Of a stretch of DNA of 64,000 bases, positions 38,789 through 47,831 are shown piece by piece. The position numbers and the translations under genes were made by a program. Within the stretch, counting starts at the first letter, position 1; every line of letters begins with the position of its first letter. The notes under the pieces are model-generated. The model saw only the letters and a program-made list of their open reading frames with translations, was not told the origin of the DNA and ran no database searches. This DNA is from Candidatus Multivoradales bacterium (GTDB taxonomy: Bacteria; Acidobacteriota; Thermoanaerobaculia; Multivoradales; J023), in assembly GCA_965248925.1 (NCBI GenBank), contig CBDFLE010000006.1, positions 1,888,001-1,952,000 on the forward strand, given 5' to 3'.

Positions 38789-39771
38789 CGTCTCCAGCTG
38801 GACAGAGGGTAGACGAGACGATGATTTCCGAAGATACTTAGCGCGAGCCGGCCTATCGGTCGCGCTTCTTGGGGAGGTCCAGGGGTTTCGACCGCCTAGT
38901 CAAATTGCCCCTGGACCTTCGTCTCTTCCGTCCACAGCCCTATTCTGCAAGATCACGGACCCGCCTGCGGCGGGGATGATGATTCCGTTGGGCGGGATCT
39001 AGAGAATGGTGCTGGTCTGCGCTCTACACCAACTACGTACGCTTTCCCGTAGCCGCTAACACCTGACGCTGCCACGAGGAAGCATCGTAGCTTGTGATCG
39101 TGGTTACAACAGCTACAGCTGGTTTCGTCAGCTGAGCGAGAAGGGTCTTTTCTTTGTGACCCGTCTGAAGCGCGGGGCCAAGTACCGCGTGACCGAACGT
39201 CGAAGAGTCAATCGTTCCAAGGGTTTGATGAGCGACCAAACGATCGAATGGACCGGTGTGAAGGCGTGTCGTGACTGCCCGATGCCTCTGCGGAGAGTAG
39301 GCTATCGCGACCCTGAGACCGGCAAGATCTACTATTTCTTGACGAACCTGTTCCGCCTGTCACCTCAGACCATTGCCGATATCTACCACGAACGTTGGCA
39401 AATTGAACTCTTCTTCAAGTGGATCAAGCAGAATCTGAAGATCAAGACTTTCGTCGGCACCAGCCGCAACGCCGTGCTGACTCAGCTTTGGATCGCCATG
39501 TGCGTCTACCTATTGCTCGCTTTCATCAAGCACAAGCACCGTCTTTCCAGTAGTTTACGGGAGGCCTTGCGCCTCCTTCAATTGAACCTCTTTGAGCGCC
39601 GCGACCTCATGGCCCTCTTGAAACGAGAGCCGCCGCCGATCCCAGGACTAGACGAAAGACAACTGGTAATCGTCGGAAGTTAACGGGACAGCAGTGACCT
39701 TAACCCCTGTCGTTTCAGGGGACCAGCAAGGTTTCTAGTTCTTTGGTGGTAGATCAGAGAAGCGGCGGAGG

Positions 39772-41547
39772 CTACTCCTTCAAACCGTTTGCTGCACGAA
39801 TGAACGCCACGACTCGACCAACTTGCTGCCCAAGATCGAGCTGCGTCCAGTCTGGCTTGTTCTCGACCAAGTTACGGGCGAGCTTGATTTTATCGGCTTG
39901 CTTCCATTTTCCCCGCGGGGTCTTGCTCGTTTGGTATTCGTACACGGCCTTGTGTTGACCCGACTGTTGTACCTTCACAACATCATCGTGGATGGCTTGA
40001 ATGGCCGCCACCACTAGATCTGCCGGCAGGTAGTTCTCAATCTCCTTTCCTTTCGTCACCCAGGCAAAACCCTCGTCGTCGTCGTCAAACGCACTCCGGA
40101 TCCGCTTCTTCGTGGCATTCAGATGCGCTCGCGGCTTCTTCCGGTCGCTGTCTATGACGATAACAATATGTCGATTGAGGCGGCGCAGAGAGATGAACTT
40201 GTCCACCTCCGGATCTTTGACCGTCAGATGGGAGAGGAGGCGACCGCCATAGAACATGATCGAGTAATGCGTGCCTTCGACCAGCGTTTCCAACTCCTGC
40301 TCTTCAACCCACGACGCAATCCAGCGTTTCAGGTAGATGCGGTCTGAAGGCCCCTCGACCCAGATGATGCAATTGGCCTGCAGCAGGTCTGAAGCGCGAT
40401 ATCCCAAATCAAGGCAGATCGCCGATTTCTCCCGGTCATTCTCTACGCGCCGGACCTTCGACGCCCCATCTTCCAGCCGCACATGGAAGATTGCCGCACC
40501 AGGACAATCGAGCAGATGCGCCGAGTGCGTAGCGATGAAGTATTGGTTGTCGGTCTCCTCGTCTAAGTAACGCAGGAGCTTGCGCTGCAGCACTGGATGG
40601 AGGTGAATCTCTGGCTCTTCAATGCAGAGCACTTGATCCTTGGTTACCGTTGCTGCAGACGCCAGTATCACAACTTCGTGTATTCCGGTACCAAGGCTCT
40701 CCAATGGAAGAGTGCGCCCGTCCATAGCTACGTTCAGTGAGTTCTGGTGGGAGGGAATCTCTAGCATTGCTGAAAGGGAACCTGTGACGTTACGAAGAAA
40801 GTCGTTAATTTTCTTGAAGTCATCTCGCTTCTCCAACTCGTGGTGTTCTGGATCACGCAGTTGTGCCAAGCGCTTGACAAGCCCACTACCCCTCAATACA
40901 TCGGCGGCAGGACCATCACCAGAAGTAATTTCTCGGATAGCTGGCACGAAGCTGACCTTGGGATCAAAGTCGAGAAGCGGCCTAGCTAAAATAAAATACG
41001 TGTCCTCTCTACTGCCCTTAACTTGATCCCAGTTATCCAGCCCATTTACGACTCGCGTGATCCTGTCAATACATCGATAGATACCTGTGGCAGCTTCAGC
41101 AATCTCATTAGGAATTCGAAAATGCCCAGCCCAACTACTCGCGGAGTATTGGAACCAGTGCAATTTCGTACCCCTTAGGACGACGTCCAGGTTCAGCAGA
41201 TCGGAGAGCGCAGGTTGAATGTCTGCTGATATTCTACCCCTGTTCCGAATAGCTTCACACCACTTTCCGAGATTTTGGCTGTCCTTTCCTAACGCGATTG
41301 CCATACTAAAATTGACCGACTGCTTCACCCCACGGTGAGCATCGATTAGCTCATCAAATCCGGCGTAGCCAGCGCGGCTTGCTATGGCTTCGATCACACC
41401 GCCATAGTGCTCCTTCAGAAATCTCAAGATGTTGGACTTGCCCGAGTTGTTCTGTCCGATAATCAAGTTGATTTTCTTACAAGGGCCAATCAGCTGTAGC
41501 TCGCTACCAAAGCTCCGGTAGCCCGCAAGGCCGAATCCATCGATCAT
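39772..41547 (-). CDS. OLD-like ATP-dependent nuclease (ABC ATPase + TOPRIM), putative anti-phage
   Basis: GYRSF, GQNNSGKS, LGTG, CIEEPEIHLHP, IATHS, WVEGPSD, DSD, EIENYL; start MIDGFG. Confidence 0.8.
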   Translation of the reverse strand: MIDGFGLAGYRSFGSELQLIGPCKKINLIIGQNNSGKSNILRFLKEHYGGVIEAIASRAGYAGFDELIDAHRGVKQSVNFSMAIALGKDSQNLGKWCEAIRNRGRISADIQPALSDLLNLDVVLRGTKLHWFQYSASSWAGHFRIPNEIAEAATGIYRCIDRITRVVNGLDNWDQVKGSREDTYFILARPLLDFDPKVSFVPAIREITSGDGPAADVLRGSGLVKRLAQLRDPEHHELEKRDDFKKINDFLRNVTGSLSAMLEIPSHQNSLNVAMDGRTLPLESLGTGIHEVVILASAATVTKDQVLCIEEPEIHLHPVLQRKLLRYLDEETDNQYFIATHSAHLLDCPGAAIFHVRLEDGASKVRRVENDREKSAICLDLGYRASDLLQANCIIWVEGPSDRIYLKRWIASWVEEQELETLVEGTHYSIMFYGGRLLSHLTVKDPEVDKFISLRRLNRHIVIVIDSDRKKPRAHLNATKKRIRSAFDDDDEGFAWVTKGKEIENYLPADLVVAAIQAIHDDVVKVQQSGQHKAVYEYQTSKTPRGKWKQADKIKLARNLVENKPDWTQLDLGQQVGRVVAFIRAANGLKE

Positions 41548-41593
41548 GTTCTTCAAAACTGTCTCCGAAAACAGACACCAAACTTCTGCGAAC

Positions 41594-42229
41594 CTACTCC
41601 GGGAAGGATAGCTCCGACATCTCCTTCCGAAACTGCCGCAAGAAAGCCCGTAGCTCGTCAACTGTGACTCCGCCAGGGGGCACCGCATCGTCGCCCAGCT
41701 CGATCTCGGAGAGGACCCAAGCAAGCTGACCGGGCGACATGCCGCCGTCTTTCTGTGACGCCTCCGCCACCGCTTTTTCGATGGAAAAGCCACGCTTGGC
41801 GAGAGTGTAGATATCCACCAAATCTCGGAGCTCGGCTCGAGAAAGTAGGGCACAGAGCTTGTTGGCGAGGATCTCCTCAGGCGGATCAACACGGATCGTG
41901 CCGATCATTAGCTTGTCCGGATAGAGCTGCGGAGCCAGATCTTGTACTAGATCGACCATGACCGAGTCGCCGCCGCGGCGAAGCAGAAAACGTCTGAAGG
42001 TGGCCGCCGTTCGCAGAGCTTCGATCGAAGCACCGAGAGACCTGGCGACCTCATGCAGCGAGGCCACTCCATGATCGAGAGCATCCTCGACCGTGAAGAG
42101 ATCCAGATCTTTGGTCCGTCGATGCTGGAGGTGGAATCCTGCCAGAGCGCCTCCACCGGTCAAGAAGAACCGGCTCTGCCGCTCGAAGAACTCCTCCAAA
42201 ACACGCCGCTGGAAGCTATCCAGAGACAT
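41594..42229 (-). CDS. AbiEii/DUF1814-like nucleotidyltransferase toxin
   Basis: FFLTGGGALA..HRRTKDLDLF, ANKLCAL..RAELRDLVD. Confidence 0.82.
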   Translation of the reverse strand: MSLDSFQRRVLEEFFERQSRFFLTGGGALAGFHLQHRRTKDLDLFTVEDALDHGVASLHEVARSLGASIEALRTAATFRRFLLRRGGDSVMVDLVQDLAPQLYPDKLMIGTIRVDPPEEILANKLCALLSRAELRDLVDIYTLAKRGFSIEKAVAEASQKDGGMSPGQLAWVLSEIELGDDAVPPGGVTVDELRAFLRQFRKEMSELSFPE

Positions 42230-42611
42230 GGATGGCAAGCCGGCCCTGCTGCCACCACTCGCCGAGCAGGAACTCCCAGAACGGGCGTCGCCGGCCCAGA
42301 TGCTTGACCAGCTTCGGCCACAGCCGCGCTACCTCATCGGGGGTGGTGAAATACCATACTTCCCAGTCCCTGGCCTCGCGCAAGATCTTTCCGAGCAGCC
42401 GTGCCTTCTCCGGCATCGACGCCTTGTTCAATCGCCGACGTAAATCGCCTACGGTCATCGGCTCGTCCCAAAGAAAGTAGGGAACAGCTTCAGGATCGTC
42501 GAAATCCGTCGACAGAGGCGCGGACCAGCGATCTGGTCTGCCCATGTGGGTCGGACTCTGGGCCGTCGTTGGTACGGAATCTGTCATCGATCTGGCCGGA
42601 CCGGTCATCAT
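42216..42611 (-). CDS. Small partner protein of the nucleotidyltransferase (putative antitoxin)
   Basis: AGGAG RBS; PYFLWD..GKILREARDWEVW..LGRRRPFW; overlaps the toxin start. Confidence 0.7.
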   Translation of the reverse strand: MMTGPARSMTDSVPTTAQSPTHMGRPDRWSAPLSTDFDDPEAVPYFLWDEPMTVGDLRRRLNKASMPEKARLLGKILREARDWEVWYFTTPDEVARLWPKLVKHLGRRRPFWEFLLGEWWQQGRLAIHVSG

Positions 42612-42727
42612 AGGATCTCCTGTCCTGACTCAAGACCTGGCTTGGAGCGAAGCTCGCCCCGACCAGGTTGGCCCGGACACCAAGTAGCACTGCGAAAGAA
42701 AGTAGTGCCCCTCACCATCGAGCCAAC

Positions 42728-42827
42728 TGGCGGAAACGCATGGGAATCGAACCCACCCTCGACGAGCATTCACCCGCCGAACAACGGTTTTGAAGACCGC
42801 GAGAGGCACCAGCCCCTGAGCGCTTCC
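42728..42827 (-). tRNA. selC: tRNA-Sec (anticodon UCA)
   Basis: 8-bp acceptor stem GGAAGCGC/GCGTTTCC plus GCCA, anticodon loop CTTCAAA, long variable arm, GGTTCGATTCC T-arm; TACAAT -10 box upstream. Confidence 0.95.
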
Positions 42828-43121
42828 CCGAGGGCATTGTATCCGCCTGGCATGCTGGCCGCGAGTCGCCTGTTCAGCTCTCTACTGAATTCGCGCGCGC
42901 GACGAGGGCGACCGCCAGCTCGGCGCCGAGGCGAGCGTTGGACAGCACCGCGACCGGCAGGCACCGAAACACAGGTTCGGATCGGCGGGATCCGGGGATG
43001 GCCGGTTCCCTGGGCGGAGGCTGGAAGCGCTAGACTCTCCAGTTGAGTGAATTCGGCTAGTCGGCTGGTTCGAGGGTATCGAGCCCTCGGCCGCGGAGGG
43101 GGATTAGAGGCGAGGTCCGTC

Positions 43122-44742
43122 ATGGAGTCCAATACCAGTCGCTATTTCGGTGTCTTCGAATTCGACTTGCAAAGTCGCGAGTTGCGCCGCCACGGTCGCC
43201 CTATGCGGCTTCCACCGCAAGCTTCCACAGTCCTTGCTCTGCTGGTCGAGAAGGCCGGCAGGCTGGTTTCATGCGACGAAATTCAGCGCTGCCTGTGGGC
43301 CGGCGATGTGGTGGATTTCGACCAGGGAGTGAACAATGCCATTTGTCAGATTCGCCTTGCGTTGGGCGACCAGGCCGGTTCTCCCACTTTTCTAGCAACC
43401 GTGCCTCGACGAGGCTACCGCTTCATCGCGCCGGTAACCGCGGCAGGTGTCACTCAGGGCAACCGGAGCGACCGGCCTGCCGGGCCCATCTCAAAGGGCA
43501 ATCCACGGGTTTGGATCGCGTTAGTTCTAGCGCTCGCTGGTGCCGTGGTTCTCTGGCCCCGCCAGGCGCCATACTTCGCGGCTGAACCGTGGGTCCTGGC
43601 GGTTCTACCCTTCACGGACTTGAGCCTGGGAGCGCCGCAGGATTTCCTTGCCGAGGGCTTGGCGGAGGAGCTGATTACCGAGCTAGCTACCCTCGCTCCG
43701 GATCGCCTGCGAGTGATCGCCCACAAGGCAGCCGGGCAAACGGGTCGGCAAGCTTCCTCACCAGAAGTCCTGGTCAGAAAGCTGGGGCTTACCCACTATC
43801 TCACCGGCAGCATTCGGCGCGAAGAGGAAGAGCTGAGGTTGGCGGTGCGTCTGCTGCGCGGGGCGGATGGTGAGTGTCTGTGAGCACAGAGCTTCGACTG
43901 GCGAGTCGAGGATCTCTTGGCACTCGAATGGGAAGTCGGACAGCGGGTTTCGGAGGCTCTAGCCCTCAAGCTACCAAGGCGTCAACCGAGGCCCGCCCCC
44001 GAACCGCGATTCCGCGAGGCCTATCTCAAAGGCCGGTACCACCTGAATAAGAACACCGCCGAGGCCGCCAAGCGCAGCCTACCTTTCTTCGCCCAGGCCG
44101 TCGCTCAGGATCCTCTCTATGCGCCAGCCCACGCCGGCCTTGCGCACGCCTACCTAGCGCTTCCCTGGGAGCCAAGTCGCATCGCACTGGCACGGGACGC
44201 GGTGCAACGGGCTCTCGAGCTGGACGGCCGCCTGGCAGAGGCTCACTCCCTCCGCGGCGAGCTCGCGTTGCAGGTGGATTGGCGCTGGGACATCGCCGAG
44301 GAGGCCTTTCTGCGAGCTATCGAACTCGATCCTGCCGCCCTCGCGCCGCGCACCTACTACGCCTATTGGCTGTCGATCCAGGGGCGCCATCAGGAAGCCA
44401 TCGCCCAGATCCAGCGCACAATCTCCCTCGATCCTGTGCTCTCGCTGAGTGGTCGAGGCCATTGCCGCTGCGCCGCCTGAAGAAGCGGTGCAGGAGTATT
44501 TGCGCTGGCTTCTCGCGAGCCTTCTCCGGGCGGCGGAGGCCGGCACCAGCCATCCAGGCCAGATCGCTGGGCTCTACGCTCAGCTCGGAGACACCGAGAA
44601 AGCCCTCGGGTGGCTGGAGCGGGCATTGGCCGAACGATCGAGCTATATGGTGCGTATCAGGGTAGCTCCCGAGCTCGACTCCTGACGAGGAATCCCCCGA
44701 TTTGAAGAACTCAAACGACGGGTGGGCTCTCTACCGCCCTAG
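43122..44742 (+). pseudogene. CadC-type wHTH + TolB-like + TPR regulator, disrupted
   Basis: FGVFEFD..ATVPRRGYRF, TM, LAVLPF..GLAEELI, TPRs; TGA at 43881 (Trp position), frame change near 44450, TGA at 44683. Confidence 0.8.
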
Positions 44743-44904
44743 CGAAGCCCCATTCGGCCTCTTAGAATCCTCCGCAAACTGTTCTTTTCAAACGATTTGA
44801 GAGCTTACCTAAGACATAGGAACAAAACAGCCAATAGCAATTGACCCGAGCTGGAGGGGTGAGGAATCCTGACCTTGGAATTCACAACACCAAGGAGACA
44901 TTCC

Positions 44905-46371
44905 ATGAAGAAAATCACCTTACTTTTGATCTCGGTTCTACTTGCAGGAAGGGCCGATGCTGTCCCACCGGAGATCGACGAACCGATCGCCAGTGGCCGT
45001 CTCGAGGGTGGCGCCAGCTCGCGCAATGGCGCATTTACCTCTTGGGGCACGGGGGCGGTCGATGGCAGCAACTACTACATCCTCTCGACAAACGTCTACT
45101 TCGGCTTGGTGAGCAGACCCCCTGGGATTTGCCGCTACTTCGACTCCGTGCTCGGCGAGGATCGGAGCATTGGCGAAAACGTCGTGGGTTACGAAGGTGC
45201 CAACGATTTTTCCTTCCTCCAGAGTGCTAACCCGCAATTCACCCGGCTGCGGATCGCTTCCCCTTGCTTCGACGGGCGTTTCGGCGAGCCGACGGAGCAA
45301 GCCCATCGGACCCACGCTTACGGAGGCGGTGCGCTGGTCTACTCTCCAGTAAAGAGCAAATACTATTTCACTGTCAACCGCACGCGTGGGCGCAGGGTCC
45401 CGGGCAGCACCGACCCGGCTGAACTCGCCTCCACTGGCACCACCTGGGCGTCTGGTGACTTCGATCAGATCTTCATCGGTGCCTATAGCTCCATAGACAG
45501 CCCTCTACACCGGCCCATATCCTCTAGCGGGACTTGCCGTGGCGAATTGCAACCGCCCTTCAGCGAAACTTGCACACCAACCCTGGCCTGGAACTGGGTC
45601 CCCTTGGTCCAGCTCACAGAAGACCTGCAAGACCCGGCGGACGGTCAACTCAAGACGTTCTCCGCCCTGCCGCCGCTACTCGCTGCTTACGATTCCTCGG
45701 TCGAGAGCTTGCCGATCTTTGCGGGCATCGGCGCCCGCGGCGCGGTGCTGTTCGGGTTCATGGAATTTGGGAATATTTGCCATGAATGGGATACCTCGAC
45801 GAAGATACCGACCTGTCTCAGTGGCGGCCTGCCCAGCCGTCTGGCCGCGGTCTACTTGACGGACACAGGGGGACTCCGGCCCACCGGCGCGCGACTCCAC
45901 TTCAAAAGCGGTAGCAGCTGGATCCCCATGAACAAGGATGGAACTTTCCCCGTGGTGCCGGATAGTTTCCGGTCGCAGTTCCCGATGGGCGACTACAGTG
46001 CCGTGAAGTACAGCCCGCTGACCTCTAGTTGGAGGCTGTGGGGCTCCCAGTCGGTTGCCAATCCGACTTCTGGCTGCGAAGAGGTTTATCAAACTGAGCG
46101 CGGCTCGAGTCTGGCCTATGCGGACCTCTCAGGGGGACCGATGGTCGAATTCTGGGCCTCGCTCAACAGCTTCGGTCGTACCGCGCCCCACCCCCACTAC
46201 GTCTACGCTCCGGCGTGCAACTGCAGCCGCGAGTTTATCTTCTACACCAGCACCGACTGGGCCTGCTACAACGACCCGCGATACAACACTTCCGGCAATC
46301 CCTTCATCGGCTGGGAGGTGACGGTCAGGCGATGGCTCGATGGGCCACCTTCGCAACCGACCGCCAACTAG
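44905..46371 (+). CDS. Secreted hypothetical protein (Cys-containing, beta-rich)
   Basis: AAGGAG RBS, signal peptide MKKITLLLISVLLAGRADA. Confidence 0.75.
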   Translation: MKKITLLLISVLLAGRADAVPPEIDEPIASGRLEGGASSRNGAFTSWGTGAVDGSNYYILSTNVYFGLVSRPPGICRYFDSVLGEDRSIGENVVGYEGANDFSFLQSANPQFTRLRIASPCFDGRFGEPTEQAHRTHAYGGGALVYSPVKSKYYFTVNRTRGRRVPGSTDPAELASTGTTWASGDFDQIFIGAYSSIDSPLHRPISSSGTCRGELQPPFSETCTPTLAWNWVPLVQLTEDLQDPADGQLKTFSALPPLLAAYDSSVESLPIFAGIGARGAVLFGFMEFGNICHEWDTSTKIPTCLSGGLPSRLAAVYLTDTGGLRPTGARLHFKSGSSWIPMNKDGTFPVVPDSFRSQFPMGDYSAVKYSPLTSSWRLWGSQSVANPTSGCEEVYQTERGSSLAYADLSGGPMVEFWASLNSFGRTAPHPHYVYAPACNCSREFIFYTSTDWACYNDPRYNTSGNPFIGWEVTVRRWLDGPPSQPTAN

Positions 46372-46760
46372 TTTTGGGGGCATGCCGGCAGCTGGATCGG
46401 AGTGGCGTTACGGTAGACCTCATTCAGGGCAATGGGATCGCCGCCTTCCAGCGGCACCAGCGCCCAATGCGGACGGACCTCGTGGTAACGCTGATGGAAG
46501 GCCACCGGCCGGTCGCGCGCCTCGCCCGGTGATCGATAGATGTCCCCGTACACCTCCTCCTGCTTGAGCGTCTGGTGGAAGCGCTCGAGCAGCCCGAGCT
46601 GCTGAAGTGTGCGGCAGCGCGTACGCACCTGGCTCAGCACACCCTTGATGTGTCTCTGGAACCGCCGAGCCAGGGAGTTGGAGCCATTGTCGGTGACTAG
46701 CGTTGGCGGTCGCTCTAGCGGTCCGTGCAGCTTCTCGGCCTCGGCGAGAGGTGTAGTGCC
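46368..46760 (-). pseudogene. IS3/IS481-like integrase-core transposase remnant
   Basis: LVTDNGS, LERFHQTLKQEEVY, YHEVRPHWAL; N-terminus missing. Confidence 0.75.
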
Positions 46761-46870
46761 AGCAAATAGCGGCTGAAGTAGTGCAGGGTCTCTAACCTGG
46801 GCCGCCAGGACAGCGTCATCGCTGAGATCTCCAAGGGCTTCGTGAAAGTAAGTAGCGTGCTTTTCAGCTC

Positions 46871-47815
46871 TCAACTGAACTCGCGCGCGATGAGGGCGAC
46901 CGCCAGCTCGGCGCCCAGGCGGGCGTTGGACAGCACCAGCTCGATGTTGGCGGCCAGGCTGTCACCCTCGGTGAGCTGGCGCAGGCGGTCGAGCAGAAAC
47001 GGGGTCAGGCGCTTGCCTCCGATAGCCTGCTCGGCGGCTTCAGCTAGCGCGGTCGCGGTGGCGCTCTCGGTCTCGGCGGTGGGTAGCGCGTGGCGAGGGT
47101 GGATCGGGTTGGCGACCACCACCCCGCCCAGACCCAAGTGCCAATGGGCGGCGAGCAACTCGGCCAGCTCGGCCGCGGAGTCGGCGCGGTAGGGCACCTC
47201 ATGGCCACTGTCGCGGCAGAGGAAGGCCGGGAATCGATCGGTGCGATAGCCCACCACCGGCACCCCCACGGTCTCCAGCACTTCCAACGTCCTGCCTAGA
47301 TCGAGGATCGATTTGGCGCCGGCGCTGATCACCGCCACCGGCGCACGAGCCAGTTCAGCGAGATCGGCGGAGATATCGAAGCTGCGCTCTGCTTGGCGGT
47401 GAACGCCACCAATTCCACCGGTGGCGAAAACCCGGATACCTGCCCGCGCGGCGGCGAAAAGGGTGGCCGCTACGGTGGTGGCGCCGTCGAGCTGGCGAGC
47501 GGCGGCGAAACCGAGATCGCGGCGACTTAGCTTGAGCACTTGCTGGCCGCGGGCTATCTGTTCTAACTCGGCGGCATCGAGGCCGACGGTCAACCGACCC
47601 TCGAGCATGGCCACGGTCGCCGGCACGGCACCGCCAGCGCGGATCTCGGCTTCGAGGCGTTGGCCGGTTTCTAAGCTCTCCGGAAAGGGCAGGCCGTGCG
47701 CTAGCAAGGTCGATTCGAGGGCCACCACCGGGCCGGCGGCGGCCAAGGCCGTGGCAACCTCGGGATGGACTCGCAACGCGGCGTCGCAATGAGTCAGACC
47801 GGTCGGGTGCTTCAT
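46871..47815 (-). CDS. psuG: Pseudouridine-5'-phosphate glycosidase
   Basis: VVALEST..HGLP, LSRRD, ATTVAAT, FATGGIGGVHR, DISADL, GAKSILD, TPFLL. Confidence 0.93.
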   Translation of the reverse strand: MKHPTGLTHCDAALRVHPEVATALAAAGPVVALESTLLAHGLPFPESLETGQRLEAEIRAGGAVPATVAMLEGRLTVGLDAAELEQIARGQQVLKLSRRDLGFAAARQLDGATTVAATLFAAARAGIRVFATGGIGGVHRQAERSFDISADLAELARAPVAVISAGAKSILDLGRTLEVLETVGVPVVGYRTDRFPAFLCRDSGHEVPYRADSAAELAELLAAHWHLGLGGVVVANPIHPRHALPTAETESATATALAEAAEQAIGGKRLTPFLLDRLRQLTEGDSLAANIELVLSNARLGAELAVALIAREFS

Positions 47816-47831
47816 GCCGCGAATGCTACAC

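Larger units (their letters stand above)
35756..39061 (-). mobile_element. IS21-family element (3306 bp) with four ORFs
   Basis: Ends TGTTAGCGGCT / AGCCGCTAACA (imperfect IR of about 37 bp); 5-bp duplication CCTGA at 35751-55 and 39062-66; istA and istB inside. Confidence 0.92.
35215..39683 (+). pseudogene. IS4-family transposase (DUF4372 + DDE) split into 35215-35755 and 39062-39683
   Basis: Removing the IS21 and one CCTGA restores ...GCKSLTLPRGSIVACDRGY...FVTRLK...YHERWQIELFFKWIKQ in a single frame. Confidence 0.9.
35113..39696 (+). mobile_element. IS4-family insertion sequence interrupted by an IS21 element
   Basis: Perfect 21-bp inverted repeats CACTGCTGTCCCGTTAACTTC (35113-35133, 39676-39696); 9-bp target duplication ACCTTAACC (35104-35112, 39697-39705). 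Confidence 0.92.

Noticed and set aside
41548-41892. N-terminal extensions of the OLD-like ORF, and of istA, istB and pilT, in the ORF track
   Set aside because: They overlap other genes or lack domain character; downstream starts match the domain boundaries.
34200-42727. attL/attR duplication of the selC 3' end, and an integrase
   Set aside because: No second copy of the tRNA 3' end and no tyrosine or serine recombinase ORF were found by eye.
43881-44685. In-frame TGA codons beside tRNA-Sec as selenocysteine recoding
   Set aside because: They fall where Trp (ECL*AQSFD) and Leu (LDS*RG) are expected, not Cys. The gene also has a frame change, and no convincing SECIS was seen.
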